The notes under the pieces are model-generated. The model saw nothing but the letters and a program-made list of their open reading frames with translations, was not told the origin of the DNA and did not search any database. From Nitrospiraceae bacterium (lineage in GTDB: Bacteria > Nitrospirota > Nitrospiria > Nitrospirales > Nitrospiraceae), in NCBI GenBank assembly GCA_036004925.1, contig DASYRC010000063.1, positions 29,970 to 93,969 of the forward strand: 64,000 nucleotides of DNA. The letters run 5' to 3'. Position 1 is the first letter of the stretch; every line of letters begins with the position of its first letter. The position numbers and the translations under genes were made by a program. Shown here one piece after another: positions 38,321-47,767 of the stretch.

Positions 38321-41065
38321 CTATCGGTATCTATCCAGGTACGCGCGCAAGGCGCGGCTGTCTCGCTCCCGGACCGTGACGGCGATCCGCAATTGTTCGA
38401 GATATTGATCGAGCGTTTTCCCGCCGAGGTCGATCTTGCGCATTGTAAAAAAGTCCCGCACGTCTCGTTCGAGTTCAGGTGTGGCGAGACTGACAATCCC
38501 GCCGCACATGCGGCGCAGCCCTTGCTTGGGGAACATTTGGTCCATCTTCTCCCAGTTCGTTTTCATAAAGGCCCAGGCCAATTCTCTGCCATAGACATTG
38601 CCCAGGACAGCGCTCACGAGAAACGGCGCATCTTGCGTGCGGATTTCTCCGTTGATGGTGCGGGTCAGTGTGCGTTCAAGCAATGCCGTAGGCTGGAATG
38701 CCGCGAGCGAGAAGAGATAGCGCCGTTCGTCTTGCGGTGTGGGGGCAGTGAGGAAACGTTCGTTAAATTCGTCGTACCTGGTTGCATCGCCCGTATGCGC
38801 GAGGATCGCGACCAGTGAGGGCACGACATTAGGGTCAACGGCTGTCGCGTCAGTACAGTAATCCTGATACAGCTCGGCTGCACGTTGTTGGATGGCCTGA
38901 TCATTACCTAGCTTGCCCTGTGCGCCGATCAGTTCACCCCGCAGTTGTTTCGTCAGCTCGCTCTCGCCGCTTCGTGGAACCCAGCCCAAGTCTGTAACGG
39001 TCGGACCGATCCGACCTCGTACGAACGCTTCGAGCGCCGGACGATCTTCCACGGCGATGATCCGGTTCAGGAAGGAGAAGGAGTCGAGTAGCACGGCCCA
39101 GACATTCTTGTCCCGCTCCGTAGTGAAGCGGGCTGTCAGGTCAAGATAGTCCGTGAGGGTCATGTGGCCGGCGACGGTGGTGGCCCAGGAATCGTTGATG
39201 AGGTTGAACCGCTCGTTGACAGCGAGTCGATCGATGCCGGTGTTCAGGAGCCGATCGAGCAGGTCTGGCACATAGCGCACGCGATAGAAGCCATGGCCTC
39301 CCTCGTTCAGCAGGATGGACTCCCAATCGTGGGGGAGCGGGACCGTCGTGTTGTTCTCCGTCAGCAACATGCGCGATGTGTTGGTCTTGCCGCCGGCGAT
39401 GACTCGCATTTGGAGCGGAATCTGCCATGTGCCGGTCAAGGTGTGCTGGGTGCTGGGTGCTGGGTCGGGCAGATAGGTGAAGCGCTGTTGAGTTAAAACG
39501 AGTTCTAACCCTTCCCGCAGTTCAGCGGTGACCAACGGATACCCTGGTTGGAAGATCCAGCCATCCATGAGTTCAGGCACCGGCTGCTTGGCGATCTTCC
39601 CCAGCGAAACCCAGAGATCGTTCGTATCTGCGTTCCCATAGGCATGCGCGTGCAAGTAGTCGCGGACCCCGTCGCGGAAGACCGTCGGTCCAATGTGCTG
39701 TTCTAACATCCGAAGCACCGACGCGCCTTTTTCATAGGTCAGGACGTCGAACATCGCGTCGGCTTCCTTGGGAGCCTGCACCGGATATTCGATCGGTCTG
39801 GTACTGTGCAGTCCGTCTACGGAAAAGGCCGCGGCGCGCGAGACGCCGAAACTATCCCATCGTTTCCATTCTGGTTTCCAGGCGTCGACGGCCAGCATTT
39901 CCATGAAGGTGGCGAAGGCTTCGTTCAGCCAGAGCCCATTCCACCAGGACATTGTGACCAAATCGCCGAACCACATGTGCGCGTTTTCATGCGCGACCAC
40001 ATCGGCCACGCGTTCCAGTTCGCCGTGCGTGGCGCTCTTCTGATCGACCAGCAAGGCTGTTTCACGGTATGTAATGGCGCCTAGGTTTTCCATGGCCCCG
40101 GAGGCAAAGTCCGGAATGGCGAGTAAGTCGAGCTTGTCACCGGGGTATGGGATTCCATAGTAGCCCTCAAAAAAGGAGAGCGAGGCAGCCGCAATGTCCT
40201 GGCCAAATCGAGCAAGATGCCCTTTCCCAGGGATGGCCCATAGGCGAAGCGGGGTCTGGCCGATCATCACTGGTTCGGTCGGCTCGATCCTGCCTACGAC
40301 GAACGCGACCAGGTAGGTGGACATATTAATCGTATCGGCGAAGTGCACCACTTGCTTTCCACCCGCAAGCGCTTCGGATGCGATCATGGTATTGGAGACT
40401 GCGGTTAGAGTTGGATCGATGACCAGCGTCGTGGCAAAGACGGCTTTGAAGTCTGGTTCATCCCAGCAGGGAAAAGCCCGGCGGGCATCGGTGGCCTCGA
40501 ACTGCGTAGCGGCCATGCTGTGAGTCGTACCATGTTTGTCTTTGTAGGTACTACGATAGAAACCGCGGAGCTTGTCGTTGAGCGTCCCTTGGAATGCCAT
40601 CGTCAACTTCCAGGTGCCCGGCGAGAGAGGCGTGGTGAATGTGAGTTGGCAACGCTGGAGTGCTGGATCCAACGTTATGGTGGCCTGTCTTGCTGGGCCT
40701 GAATCTCCCTCAACCTGCGCCGCGGTGATGTCGAGTTCAATGGCGTTGAGGACGATGTCAGAGGTTTGCCGATGGACCGTGAGGGTGATGGTTTCCTGTC
40801 CGGAAAAGCTTGATGAAGGCAGGTCCGGTTCCAATCGTAGATCGTAGCGAATCGGAATCACATGTCTTGGAAGCCGATATGGATCGAGTGTGCCTGGAGA
40901 AGAGACTTGGTTCATATTCTCGCCTTTCGGTCGTTTGGGAGTTGCTTGCACGAAGGAACTGTTGAGGCACGAGCTGAAGACCGATGTAAGGGGAATGGTA
41001 AGGAGGAACCGGGCATGCTCAATAAGGGCCTTCAGGGTCTGTCTCCTGCTGATCGGTTCAATCAT
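38321..41065 (-). CDS. pepN: M1 family aminopeptidase (aminopeptidase N-like), possibly exported
   Basis: 914 aa. GAMEN exopeptidase motif (FASGAMENLGAITYRE) and the zinc motif HENAHMWFGDLVTMSWWNGLWLNEAFA. The ATG at 41065 overlaps the rpiA stop (ATGA). An alternative start at 40915 (MNQVSSPGTLDPYRLPRH) would remove the N-terminal extension. Confidence 0.85.
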   Translation of the reverse strand: MIEPISRRQTLKALIEHARFLLTIPLTSVFSSCLNSSFVQATPKRPKGENMNQVSSPGTLDPYRLPRHVIPIRYDLRLEPDLPSSSFSGQETITLTVHRQTSDIVLNAIELDITAAQVEGDSGPARQATITLDPALQRCQLTFTTPLSPGTWKLTMAFQGTLNDKLRGFYRSTYKDKHGTTHSMAATQFEATDARRAFPCWDEPDFKAVFATTLVIDPTLTAVSNTMIASEALAGGKQVVHFADTINMSTYLVAFVVGRIEPTEPVMIGQTPLRLWAIPGKGHLARFGQDIAAASLSFFEGYYGIPYPGDKLDLLAIPDFASGAMENLGAITYRETALLVDQKSATHGELERVADVVAHENAHMWFGDLVTMSWWNGLWLNEAFATFMEMLAVDAWKPEWKRWDSFGVSRAAAFSVDGLHSTRPIEYPVQAPKEADAMFDVLTYEKGASVLRMLEQHIGPTVFRDGVRDYLHAHAYGNADTNDLWVSLGKIAKQPVPELMDGWIFQPGYPLVTAELREGLELVLTQQRFTYLPDPAPSTQHTLTGTWQIPLQMRVIAGGKTNTSRMLLTENNTTVPLPHDWESILLNEGGHGFYRVRYVPDLLDRLLNTGIDRLAVNERFNLINDSWATTVAGHMTLTDYLDLTARFTTERDKNVWAVLLDSFSFLNRIIAVEDRPALEAFVRGRIGPTVTDLGWVPRSGESELTKQLRGELIGAQGKLGNDQAIQQRAAELYQDYCTDATAVDPNVVPSLVAILAHTGDATRYDEFNERFLTAPTPQDERRYLFSLAAFQPTALLERTLTRTINGEIRTQDAPFLVSAVLGNVYGRELAWAFMKTNWEKMDQMFPKQGLRRMCGGIVSLATPELERDVRDFFTMRKIDLGGKTLDQYLEQLRIAVTVRERDSRALRAYLDRYR

Positions 41066-41763
41066 GTTCTCGCCGCAGGGTGCGACTCAACTCCGTTGGG
41101 TGTGCCTACTATGAGCAGGTCTGTTCGTCCGACAAAGAGGCCGGTCTCGACAACTCCGGGAATCAGGTTCAAGGCGATCTCGAGTTCTCGCGGGTTGTCG
41201 ATCCGCGGGAGATGGACATCCAAAATCACATGGTCTGCTTCCGTGTTGAATGGCGATCCGTTCCGTTCCCTGAGCACCACACGACTCTGCGTGAGGGCCC
41301 CAATTTCTCGTGCCGTACTTCCCCAGCCGAAGGGGACCACCTCGACTGGGAGCGGGAATGATCCCCCCAGAACGGGGACTCGTTTCGTATGGTCGACCAC
41401 GACGATAAACTGCTTGGCCGAGGCCGCGACAATCTTTTCCTTCAGGAGCGCGCCGCCTCCGCCCTTGATGAGATTGAAGCCTGGATCGACCTGATCTGCC
41501 CCGTCGATCGCGACATCAATCACCCAGGCATCATCGGCATCAATGAGGATGATTCCTTGTTGCCTGGCGAGTGTAGCCGTTTCCTTCGACGTGGGCACTC
41601 CACGAAGTGTCATGCCCGCGCGGACCTTTTCCCCCAGCGCAATCACCATATGCTTGGCCGTTGAGCCGGTCCCGAGACCAACGACCATCCCATCGCGAAC
41701 GAATTCGACGGCTGTTAACGCCGCAGCTTTCTTCAGGCTGTCGAGGTCCTGGCTGCTCATCAT
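41062..41763 (-). CDS. rpiA: Ribose-5-phosphate isomerase A
   Basis: 233 aa with GLGTGSTAKH, DGADQVD and KGGGGALLKEK motifs. Confidence 0.9.
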   Translation of the reverse strand: MMSSQDLDSLKKAAALTAVEFVRDGMVVGLGTGSTAKHMVIALGEKVRAGMTLRGVPTSKETATLARQQGIILIDADDAWVIDVAIDGADQVDPGFNLIKGGGGALLKEKIVAASAKQFIVVVDHTKRVPVLGGSFPLPVEVVPFGWGSTAREIGALTQSRVVLRERNGSPFNTEADHVILDVHLPRIDNPRELEIALNLIPGVVETGLFVGRTDLLIVGTPNGVESHPAART

Positions 41764-42833
41764 GATGCGGGGGTATGGGAGAGAGCCGCGGCGACAGACG
41801 CGGCACCGAGTAGGGCGGTGTGCTGATTCATCACCACTTTGACCGGGATCGAACTCATCAAGCGCTTATAGCGACCTTTGTTGGTGAAGGCCTTCATGAA
41901 TGTTCCATCTTTCAGCTTGGCCAGCAGCTTCGGTGCAATGCCACCGCCCAGATACACGCCGTTAAGCGTCATGGCCTTCAGGGCAAGATTGCCGGCTTCG
42001 GCTCCATAGATGGAGGCGAACAGGTCGAGCGCCTGCTTGGCGATGTCTGCCTGCCCCTTGAGCCCGGCTGCTGCGATCACAGCAGCAGGGTCGCCGGTTT
42101 TGATTTGCTCCGAGAGCCACGTCGGCTCATTCTTCTTGCTGTCGCGAATATAGTCATAGATGGCATGCAGACCGGGGCCTGACAACACACGTTCGTAACT
42201 CACGTGCAGGTAGTTACTGCGTAGATGGCGTAGCAATTCAATTTCATTGTCATCGTTCGGTGCGAAGTCTGCATGGCCGCCTTCCGACTGCATAGGTTGA
42301 TAGCGCGAGCCGTTCCAGAAGAGGATGGATTCGCCCAGTCCGGTTCCCGCCGCGATCAGTGCGAGCGCCTGATTGTGCGGTGGAGGAGTTCCGGTGTTGA
42401 GGATTTCAACTTCGTCCGATCGGAGCAACAAAATCCCGTGTGCCATGGCTTCGAGATCGTTGAGCAGCTTCACTCTCGGTATGTCGAAATGTTTCGCCAG
42501 GGTTGCGCCATCGACCACCCACGGGAGGTTGGTCGTCTGAGAATGGTTCTGAATGACGGGGCCGGCGATGCCGAAGCAAGCCGCGTCGATTTTCGGCGGT
42601 TTTTCCTCTGGACGCTCCGCCTCCGGCTCTGCAGCATCGCTCTTTTCGGTTGTGAGTTCGTCGATAGGTGTCGGGGGCTTCGCCGGGATGAGAAATTCAG
42701 TGAGCATGTCCTCGAGCGAGGTGTAATCGGCACTGTGGAACGACTCCAATCGGACGGGATCGACGCGCTCCTTCCTCCAGTCGAACAGGGCCAAGTGAGT
42801 TTTCGTGCCCCCGATATCTCCGGCAACAATCAT
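41760..42833 (-). CDS. glk: Glucokinase
   Basis: MIVAGDIGGTKTHLAL N-terminus and CFGIAGPV. Start chosen at 42833, 8 nt after the pgl stop and preceded by GAGCGAG. The track ORF extends to 42887. Confidence 0.8.
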   Translation of the reverse strand: MIVAGDIGGTKTHLALFDWRKERVDPVRLESFHSADYTSLEDMLTEFLIPAKPPTPIDELTTEKSDAAEPEAERPEEKPPKIDAACFGIAGPVIQNHSQTTNLPWVVDGATLAKHFDIPRVKLLNDLEAMAHGILLLRSDEVEILNTGTPPPHNQALALIAAGTGLGESILFWNGSRYQPMQSEGGHADFAPNDDNEIELLRHLRSNYLHVSYERVLSGPGLHAIYDYIRDSKKNEPTWLSEQIKTGDPAAVIAAAGLKGQADIAKQALDLFASIYGAEAGNLALKAMTLNGVYLGGGIAPKLLAKLKDGTFMKAFTNKGRYKRLMSSIPVKVVMNQHTALLGAASVAAALSHTPAS

Positions 42834-42840
42834 CTCGCTC

Positions 42841-43614
42841 TCACGCCCTCGTCCGCTGTTGATGTATCGGAAGCTCGGCTGCCGCACCTCGGTCGAGGAA
42901 CCAGATCAGGCGGCCTTCCTCTGGCTCGACCAACGATGCCGGGAGCCGTCGTTCAGCCTCAGTCTTCGGATCGAGGATAGCTCTCACGACTCCTGCTTTG
43001 CTGGCTCCCGCAACGAGAAACAGTATCACACTCGCCCTGTTGATCACACCTAGGGTCATGGTCAGTCTGTTGGGGGGATCTTTCGGAGATTGCGTTGCCG
43101 CAATCAGGCGTTGGTGCTCTTGCAGGACCGGTGCCCCGGGAAACAAGGAAGCCGTATGCCCGTCTTCGCCTAGCCCTAGTAGGATGAGGTCAAGGGATGG
43201 CTTGGCCGATGGTGAGGTCTTCGTCGCAAGACGCAGCTGCTGTTCATACTCAGAGGCCGCCGCCTGTGGGTCACGGGATTCCCCTGCCATTCGATAGATC
43301 TGCGAAGGCGTTATTCTCAGAGGGGTGAACAGGGTTTTGTCGGCCAAGGCGTAGTTGCTCCGAGGATCATCCGGAGGAACGCAGCGTTCATCGCTGAAGA
43401 AAAAGGTGGTCCGGGACCAATCGAAGCGGTCGGCAAAGGCGGGAGAGGTCAGGGATCGGTAGAGGGTTTCCGGCGTCGTGCCGCCGGAGAGTCCGACGAA
43501 GAATCGGCCGTTCGCGCGAACGGCCTCTTGGCCCGTTTCCAGTACGAATGTAGCTGCTGCCGCTGCCCATGTTTGACTGTCGTGAGAGATGCGGATCTCG
43601 GGGGGGCGGATCAT
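42841..43614 (-). CDS. pgl: 6-phosphogluconolactonase
   Basis: 257 aa with VGLSGGTTPETLY, DERCVPPDDPRSNY and GLGEDGHTASLFPG. Confidence 0.85.
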   Translation of the reverse strand: MIRPPEIRISHDSQTWAAAAATFVLETGQEAVRANGRFFVGLSGGTTPETLYRSLTSPAFADRFDWSRTTFFFSDERCVPPDDPRSNYALADKTLFTPLRITPSQIYRMAGESRDPQAAASEYEQQLRLATKTSPSAKPSLDLILLGLGEDGHTASLFPGAPVLQEHQRLIAATQSPKDPPNRLTMTLGVINRASVILFLVAGASKAGVVRAILDPKTEAERRLPASLVEPEEGRLIWFLDRGAAAELPIHQQRTRA

Positions 43615-43615
43615 C

Positions 43616-45316
43616 TTATTTCTTACGGGTACGCCCGCCTTTGGTGTGCCGCTTGGTTGGACGCCGAGCCGGTGTGCGAGGTGCGAGGGACTTTGTCAGC
43701 GCCTGAATCGTCGCGATCGGGTTCTTGCCCAAGGGCAAGACGATGGCCTGTTGCCCATGAGCTTGGAGGGCCTGTATGTCGCCGGCTGCTTGGGCCAGCG
43801 CGAGGGTGCGAAAGGTGAACGGTTTTCCGGGGATCCCGAGATCGGGAATCATCGGATCGACGAGTTGTAAGAATATTCCGCTCTTCGGACCCCCCTTGTG
43901 GAGCTGGCCTGTCGAATGGAGATATCGCGGACCATAGCCGGCTGTCGTGGTCACATGCTGATGGGAGACGAGCGCTCTTCGCAGCGAGCGAATAGCCTGC
44001 TCCATCTTGGACGAGGGTGTCGTATAGGCCAAGATGGCGACGTAGGTACCGGGTCGACACTGTCGCTTGAGTTGTGTCGAGGCTTGTCCCACGGTCGCGG
44101 TGGTCTGTATCGGCAACCGACCGGTGGACTGGATTGTTTCCAGTACGCGGGCGGTGTTGTCTTTGCTTTCTTGGACGTTCGGCTGATCGAACGGGTGAAT
44201 CCCCAGGAGGTGACCTGCCAGAGCGGTGGCGACTTCCCACCGGAAAAATTCTGCCGCGAGATCGTAACGGTCTTGGAGCGGGAGCGTCAGGACTGGGTGG
44301 CCCTGTCGCGCGAGCCCGGCGCTCTGTCGATCGAGCTGTCTATTCCGATCTCCTTTCAACCTCAAATAGACAAAGAGCCGGTCGGTGCTATAGGAGGTCG
44401 CTGAGACAATCGGCTCATTTGCCACAGGGATGAGGCCGGTTCCTTCCTTGCCTGTGCTTTCCGCGAGAAGCTGTTCCGCCCACAGACCAAATGCGGCGAT
44501 CTGTGGTGATGCGATCAGTGTGACCTTGTTGCGTTCTGCTTGCGCCAGCGCGGCCATCGTTGCGCCAAGGTCGGCACCGGGGTTCTTTCCAATAGGGGAC
44601 TGGATTCGACAAGCCTGGGCCATGGCTGCGGCACGTGTGAGCATTTGTGTGGCATCGATCCCCATTAGGGCGGCAGGAACTAATCCAAAATAGGAGAGGA
44701 CCGAGTACCGTCCACCGATGTCGGGTGGGCTCGTAAAGATGCGCCAGAACTGATGCTCTGCTGCCAGTTTTTCCAATCCGGTGCCGGGATCGGTAATGGC
44801 GATGAATTGTTCTCCGCCTTGATGGCCCGGAGTCTGGTGAACATGTTCCCAAAAGTGGGCAAAGAGGGACATGACTTCGATGGTTCCGCCGGATTTGCTG
44901 GCGAGGATGAACAGGCTTCGAGCCGGGTCGATCGCCTGCGTGACCTGCCGAACCCAGCCTGGAACGGTGGAATCGAGGACCCACAAGCGTGGGAACCCGC
45001 GGGATGATCCAAATGACGCGCGCAGCACTTCCGGTCCCAGGCTGCTGCCACCCATTCCGAGCAGGACCATGTCGCGGACGCCGCGCTTTTTGGCCGAAGT
45101 GGCAAAGGTCCGTAACTCCTCGGTCCGATCTTTCATGTACTCGATGATGGTCAGCCAGCCGAGGCGGTTGGTGATGTCGGTGGGATCCTGCTTCCAGAGT
45201 CGATGGTCGTGGGCCCACAGTCGCTCAACCGCATGGGATGCGGAGAGTCGTGCACCAGCCGCATTAACCAGGGATTGAAGGTCCGAGGGAAATGATCGAG
45301 GAGTCTCGAGTGTCAT
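43616..45316 (-). CDS. pgi: Glucose-6-phosphate isomerase
   Basis: LLGMGGSSLGPEV and ILASKSGGTIEV sugar-isomerase motifs. Start chosen at 45316 (MTLETPRSF), preceded by GAAAGG. Carries an unusual basic C-terminal tail. Confidence 0.8.
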   Translation of the reverse strand: MTLETPRSFPSDLQSLVNAAGARLSASHAVERLWAHDHRLWKQDPTDITNRLGWLTIIEYMKDRTEELRTFATSAKKRGVRDMVLLGMGGSSLGPEVLRASFGSSRGFPRLWVLDSTVPGWVRQVTQAIDPARSLFILASKSGGTIEVMSLFAHFWEHVHQTPGHQGGEQFIAITDPGTGLEKLAAEHQFWRIFTSPPDIGGRYSVLSYFGLVPAALMGIDATQMLTRAAAMAQACRIQSPIGKNPGADLGATMAALAQAERNKVTLIASPQIAAFGLWAEQLLAESTGKEGTGLIPVANEPIVSATSYSTDRLFVYLRLKGDRNRQLDRQSAGLARQGHPVLTLPLQDRYDLAAEFFRWEVATALAGHLLGIHPFDQPNVQESKDNTARVLETIQSTGRLPIQTTATVGQASTQLKRQCRPGTYVAILAYTTPSSKMEQAIRSLRRALVSHQHVTTTAGYGPRYLHSTGQLHKGGPKSGIFLQLVDPMIPDLGIPGKPFTFRTLALAQAAGDIQALQAHGQQAIVLPLGKNPIATIQALTKSLAPRTPARRPTKRHTKGGRTRKK

Positions 45317-45899
45317 GGCAAACCTTTCTTCTATTCTAGATATCGAGTGAGAGAAATACAAACATGAGGCTTACCTATTGGAATGTGGTTCGACAGATGA
45401 GAAAGAGCATGCCTCCTGTGAATGTCCAGGCGAAAAATTCTGCATGATCGCGAGGGACGGTGGAAGCAGGGAAGTCGATGATGGGACTTACCTCCTGTCA
45501 AGTAGGTAATGTCCCATGATGTGAGCCTGCATCACCACTTGCTCCTTGTTGGATGGCCATCGCCAGGGATTGCCATCAGTATATGAGAGGGCAATGATCG
45601 TTCCTCTGCCGGTGGAGACCAAGGCGTCCAGCATCACCTGATCGCCTCGTTTGATGTAGCGATGATCCTGAGTCATATCGACGAGAATAATAGGGTAGCG
45701 TCGGCATCAACTGGGTCAGTTGTTTGCCGAGGGTCTCATAATGGACTTGGAGCGTAGGGAGCAGGACGGGATTAATGGCGGAAGGCGAAACGGTAGACGC
45801 ATCAGAGACCGGTCTGCCGCTGCTCAGCACGAGGGTGACGAGGAGGAGTCCACGCAGACCAGATCAGAGCGATAGGAAAAGGCGCTTCTTGACTCCTGC

Positions 45900-47048
45900 T
45901 CAGGTCTCTTCCATCTGATCATCGAGTGTTGCTAAGGTCAACGCCACCGAGTTTTGTTCGTATAGCGCGCCGACGATGGTGATCGGCGTCCCCTTCGCGA
46001 CTCGGTCATAGAGAAGGGCCATTTGCGGATTGTCGAGCATGACGCACCCCAATGTTTGGGCCATTAGTTCGTTCTCAACCCCGTGGATTTCTATTCGTCC
46101 TCCGATAGCTCTCGATGCCGGAATCTGTCCCGACTTCCTCCCGAGCTGGTAGCGTCGTCGATCATCTTCGTTGGGATAGTCGAGAACCAAGGCCCGGTAA
46201 AATTGAGTCTTTCCCTGCCCGTCCTTGCTACTGATCCGATATCGGCCTTCAGGGGTGGCGCCGTCTTCCTGGTATTGCTTCTCTCGAATACCATTGAACC
46301 CGAGCCGGACTGGGTACGATAAAACTTTTTCTCCGTTTCTGTAGAGGGTCAACACTCGATCTGCCTTGTTAATGACAATCGCCGAGGTTCGGTGAATGCG
46401 TGACCAGCTGATGGTACCCTTAGCCATCTGTTGCCACCGTCTGATTTGATCTCGATCGGCGTACCGGCCCAATTCGCTGCTCAGCACGGCCGCTTGCATT
46501 GCCAGACTTTGCGCAGCCCGGTCAGACGCATCGAGAGACCGATCGTAGCGACCCTGTTCGTAGAACGCATGGGCCTGCTTCATCAGTAGGTCGATTTCAT
46601 CGGTTTTCTGTCCCTGCCCGAGCCGACTACCGATGGCACTGACTTGCAAGCTCATGGTCCGGAATCGATCCTCAACCCGGGCGATCTTGTCTTCGGTTGA
46701 GCGGCGGAGCAACTCACGTTCATTCGTAATGCGGGCGACCGTGCGGGCCCCTTCTTCTTGCAGACGGTGTAGGGCGACTTCCAAGTCGTTGGGTTCCCAC
46801 AGCCAACGGATCAAATCCTCGTCGGCCTGGACACGAGCTTTTAGGGCCAGCCATTGGTGTGAGAACTGGGCGTAGTCGGTGGGTAAGAATTCAGCCGCCC
46901 GTAATTCCATCAAGTCGCGATCAATGTTTTCGACCGCTGTGACCGCGTCTTGAGGCACGGCCTCCACGCAGCCAGAGAGGGAGCAGACTAGCGCCAAGGC
47001 CCCCCACCCCAAGAACTCCCATTTTAGTCGTAGACAATGACTAAACAT
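45900..47048 (-). CDS. L,D-transpeptidase (YkuD) domain lipoprotein with N-terminal coiled-coil region
   Basis: 382 aa. Lipobox LSGC. C-terminal YkuD catalytic motif IEIHGVENELMAQTLGCVMLDN. Confidence 0.75.
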   Translation of the reverse strand: MFSHCLRLKWEFLGWGALALVCSLSGCVEAVPQDAVTAVENIDRDLMELRAAEFLPTDYAQFSHQWLALKARVQADEDLIRWLWEPNDLEVALHRLQEEGARTVARITNERELLRRSTEDKIARVEDRFRTMSLQVSAIGSRLGQGQKTDEIDLLMKQAHAFYEQGRYDRSLDASDRAAQSLAMQAAVLSSELGRYADRDQIRRWQQMAKGTISWSRIHRTSAIVINKADRVLTLYRNGEKVLSYPVRLGFNGIREKQYQEDGATPEGRYRISSKDGQGKTQFYRALVLDYPNEDDRRRYQLGRKSGQIPASRAIGGRIEIHGVENELMAQTLGCVMLDNPQMALLYDRVAKGTPITIVGALYEQNSVALTLATLDDQMEET

Positions 47049-47141
47049 ACTGCAAATCTACCTTACTTCTGCTTCGGCAGAGAAGAATTTCTCTTTCCAA
47101 TCTTGGCAAGGGCTCTCTCCATTTTGCTAGAAACGGCCTAC

Positions 47142-47173
47142 CCCGCATTATTCATGATGGTTCGTCGCGAAGT
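47142..47173 (-). repeat. Solo end fragment of the family-3 MITE-like repeat
   Basis: CCCGCATTATTCATGATGGTTCGTCGCGAAG. This matches the reverse complement of the right end of copy 2 (CGCGACGAACCGTCATGAATAATGCGGG) with two mismatches. Confidence 0.7.
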
Positions 47174-47532
47174 CCCATAAACAGCCAGGCGAGAGGAAAA
47201 ACATTCCTTCTGGTTGCCCCTAACCTCGGGCCCCGCGCCTCTAGCCTAACCATTGGTGCTCTCCCACACAAGTGAGAACCCTATCTACTACGCAATGGTA
47301 ATGCCAGTAATCGCATAGCAGTGGTTGGGAGGAAACTGAGCAGTTACAACAATTATCGGTGTAAAAGATTCCGAGGCCTAGGAAATCCTGGGGCAATCTA
47401 GCCTACTCGGCGACAAAAGTGCCTCAATACAAAAGAGTTATCAATGGGTTAGGACCGACGCCTCTCTAAGCTTTTTCAGGATGCGGAACAACGATGCCGG
47501 CCTGCCTGAAATCCAATGGTCCGACTGTCTGA

Positions 47533-47637
47533 GCCAAACCACGTCTGTCTGGTTTCCCTGGTCTATCTGGTTCATCTGGTTTGTTTTGTTCATCTAGTTG
47601 GTCTTGTTTAACGAAACAAACTAGAAAAACCAAATAA
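47533..47637. repeat. GGTTTGT-word hairpin repeat, copy 2C
   Basis: T/G-rich arm CGTCTGTCTGGTTTCCCTGGTCTATCTGGTTCATCTGGTTTGTTTTGTTCATCTAGTTGGTCTTGTTT. Complementary arm AACGAAACAAACTAGAAAAACCAAATAACGG. Confidence 0.75.
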
Positions 47638-47738
47638 CGGTCTACCTACGATGGCGGAATTTTAATATCTTGATAGAGATGATGCACCTCATGATGTCAT
47701 TGAGCAAGGTGACCGGTCTTGGATAGATAGCACGTAGT

Positions 47739-47767
47739 TTGACAGGGTACCACCCCGTCCCTATAAT
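47739..47767 (+). promoter_or_regulatory. Consensus sigma-70-type promoter upstream of rpmH
   Basis: TTGACA at 47739-47744, a 17-nt spacer, TATAAT at 47762-47767. The rpmH ATG lies 42 nt downstream and is preceded by AAGGAG. Confidence 0.7.
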
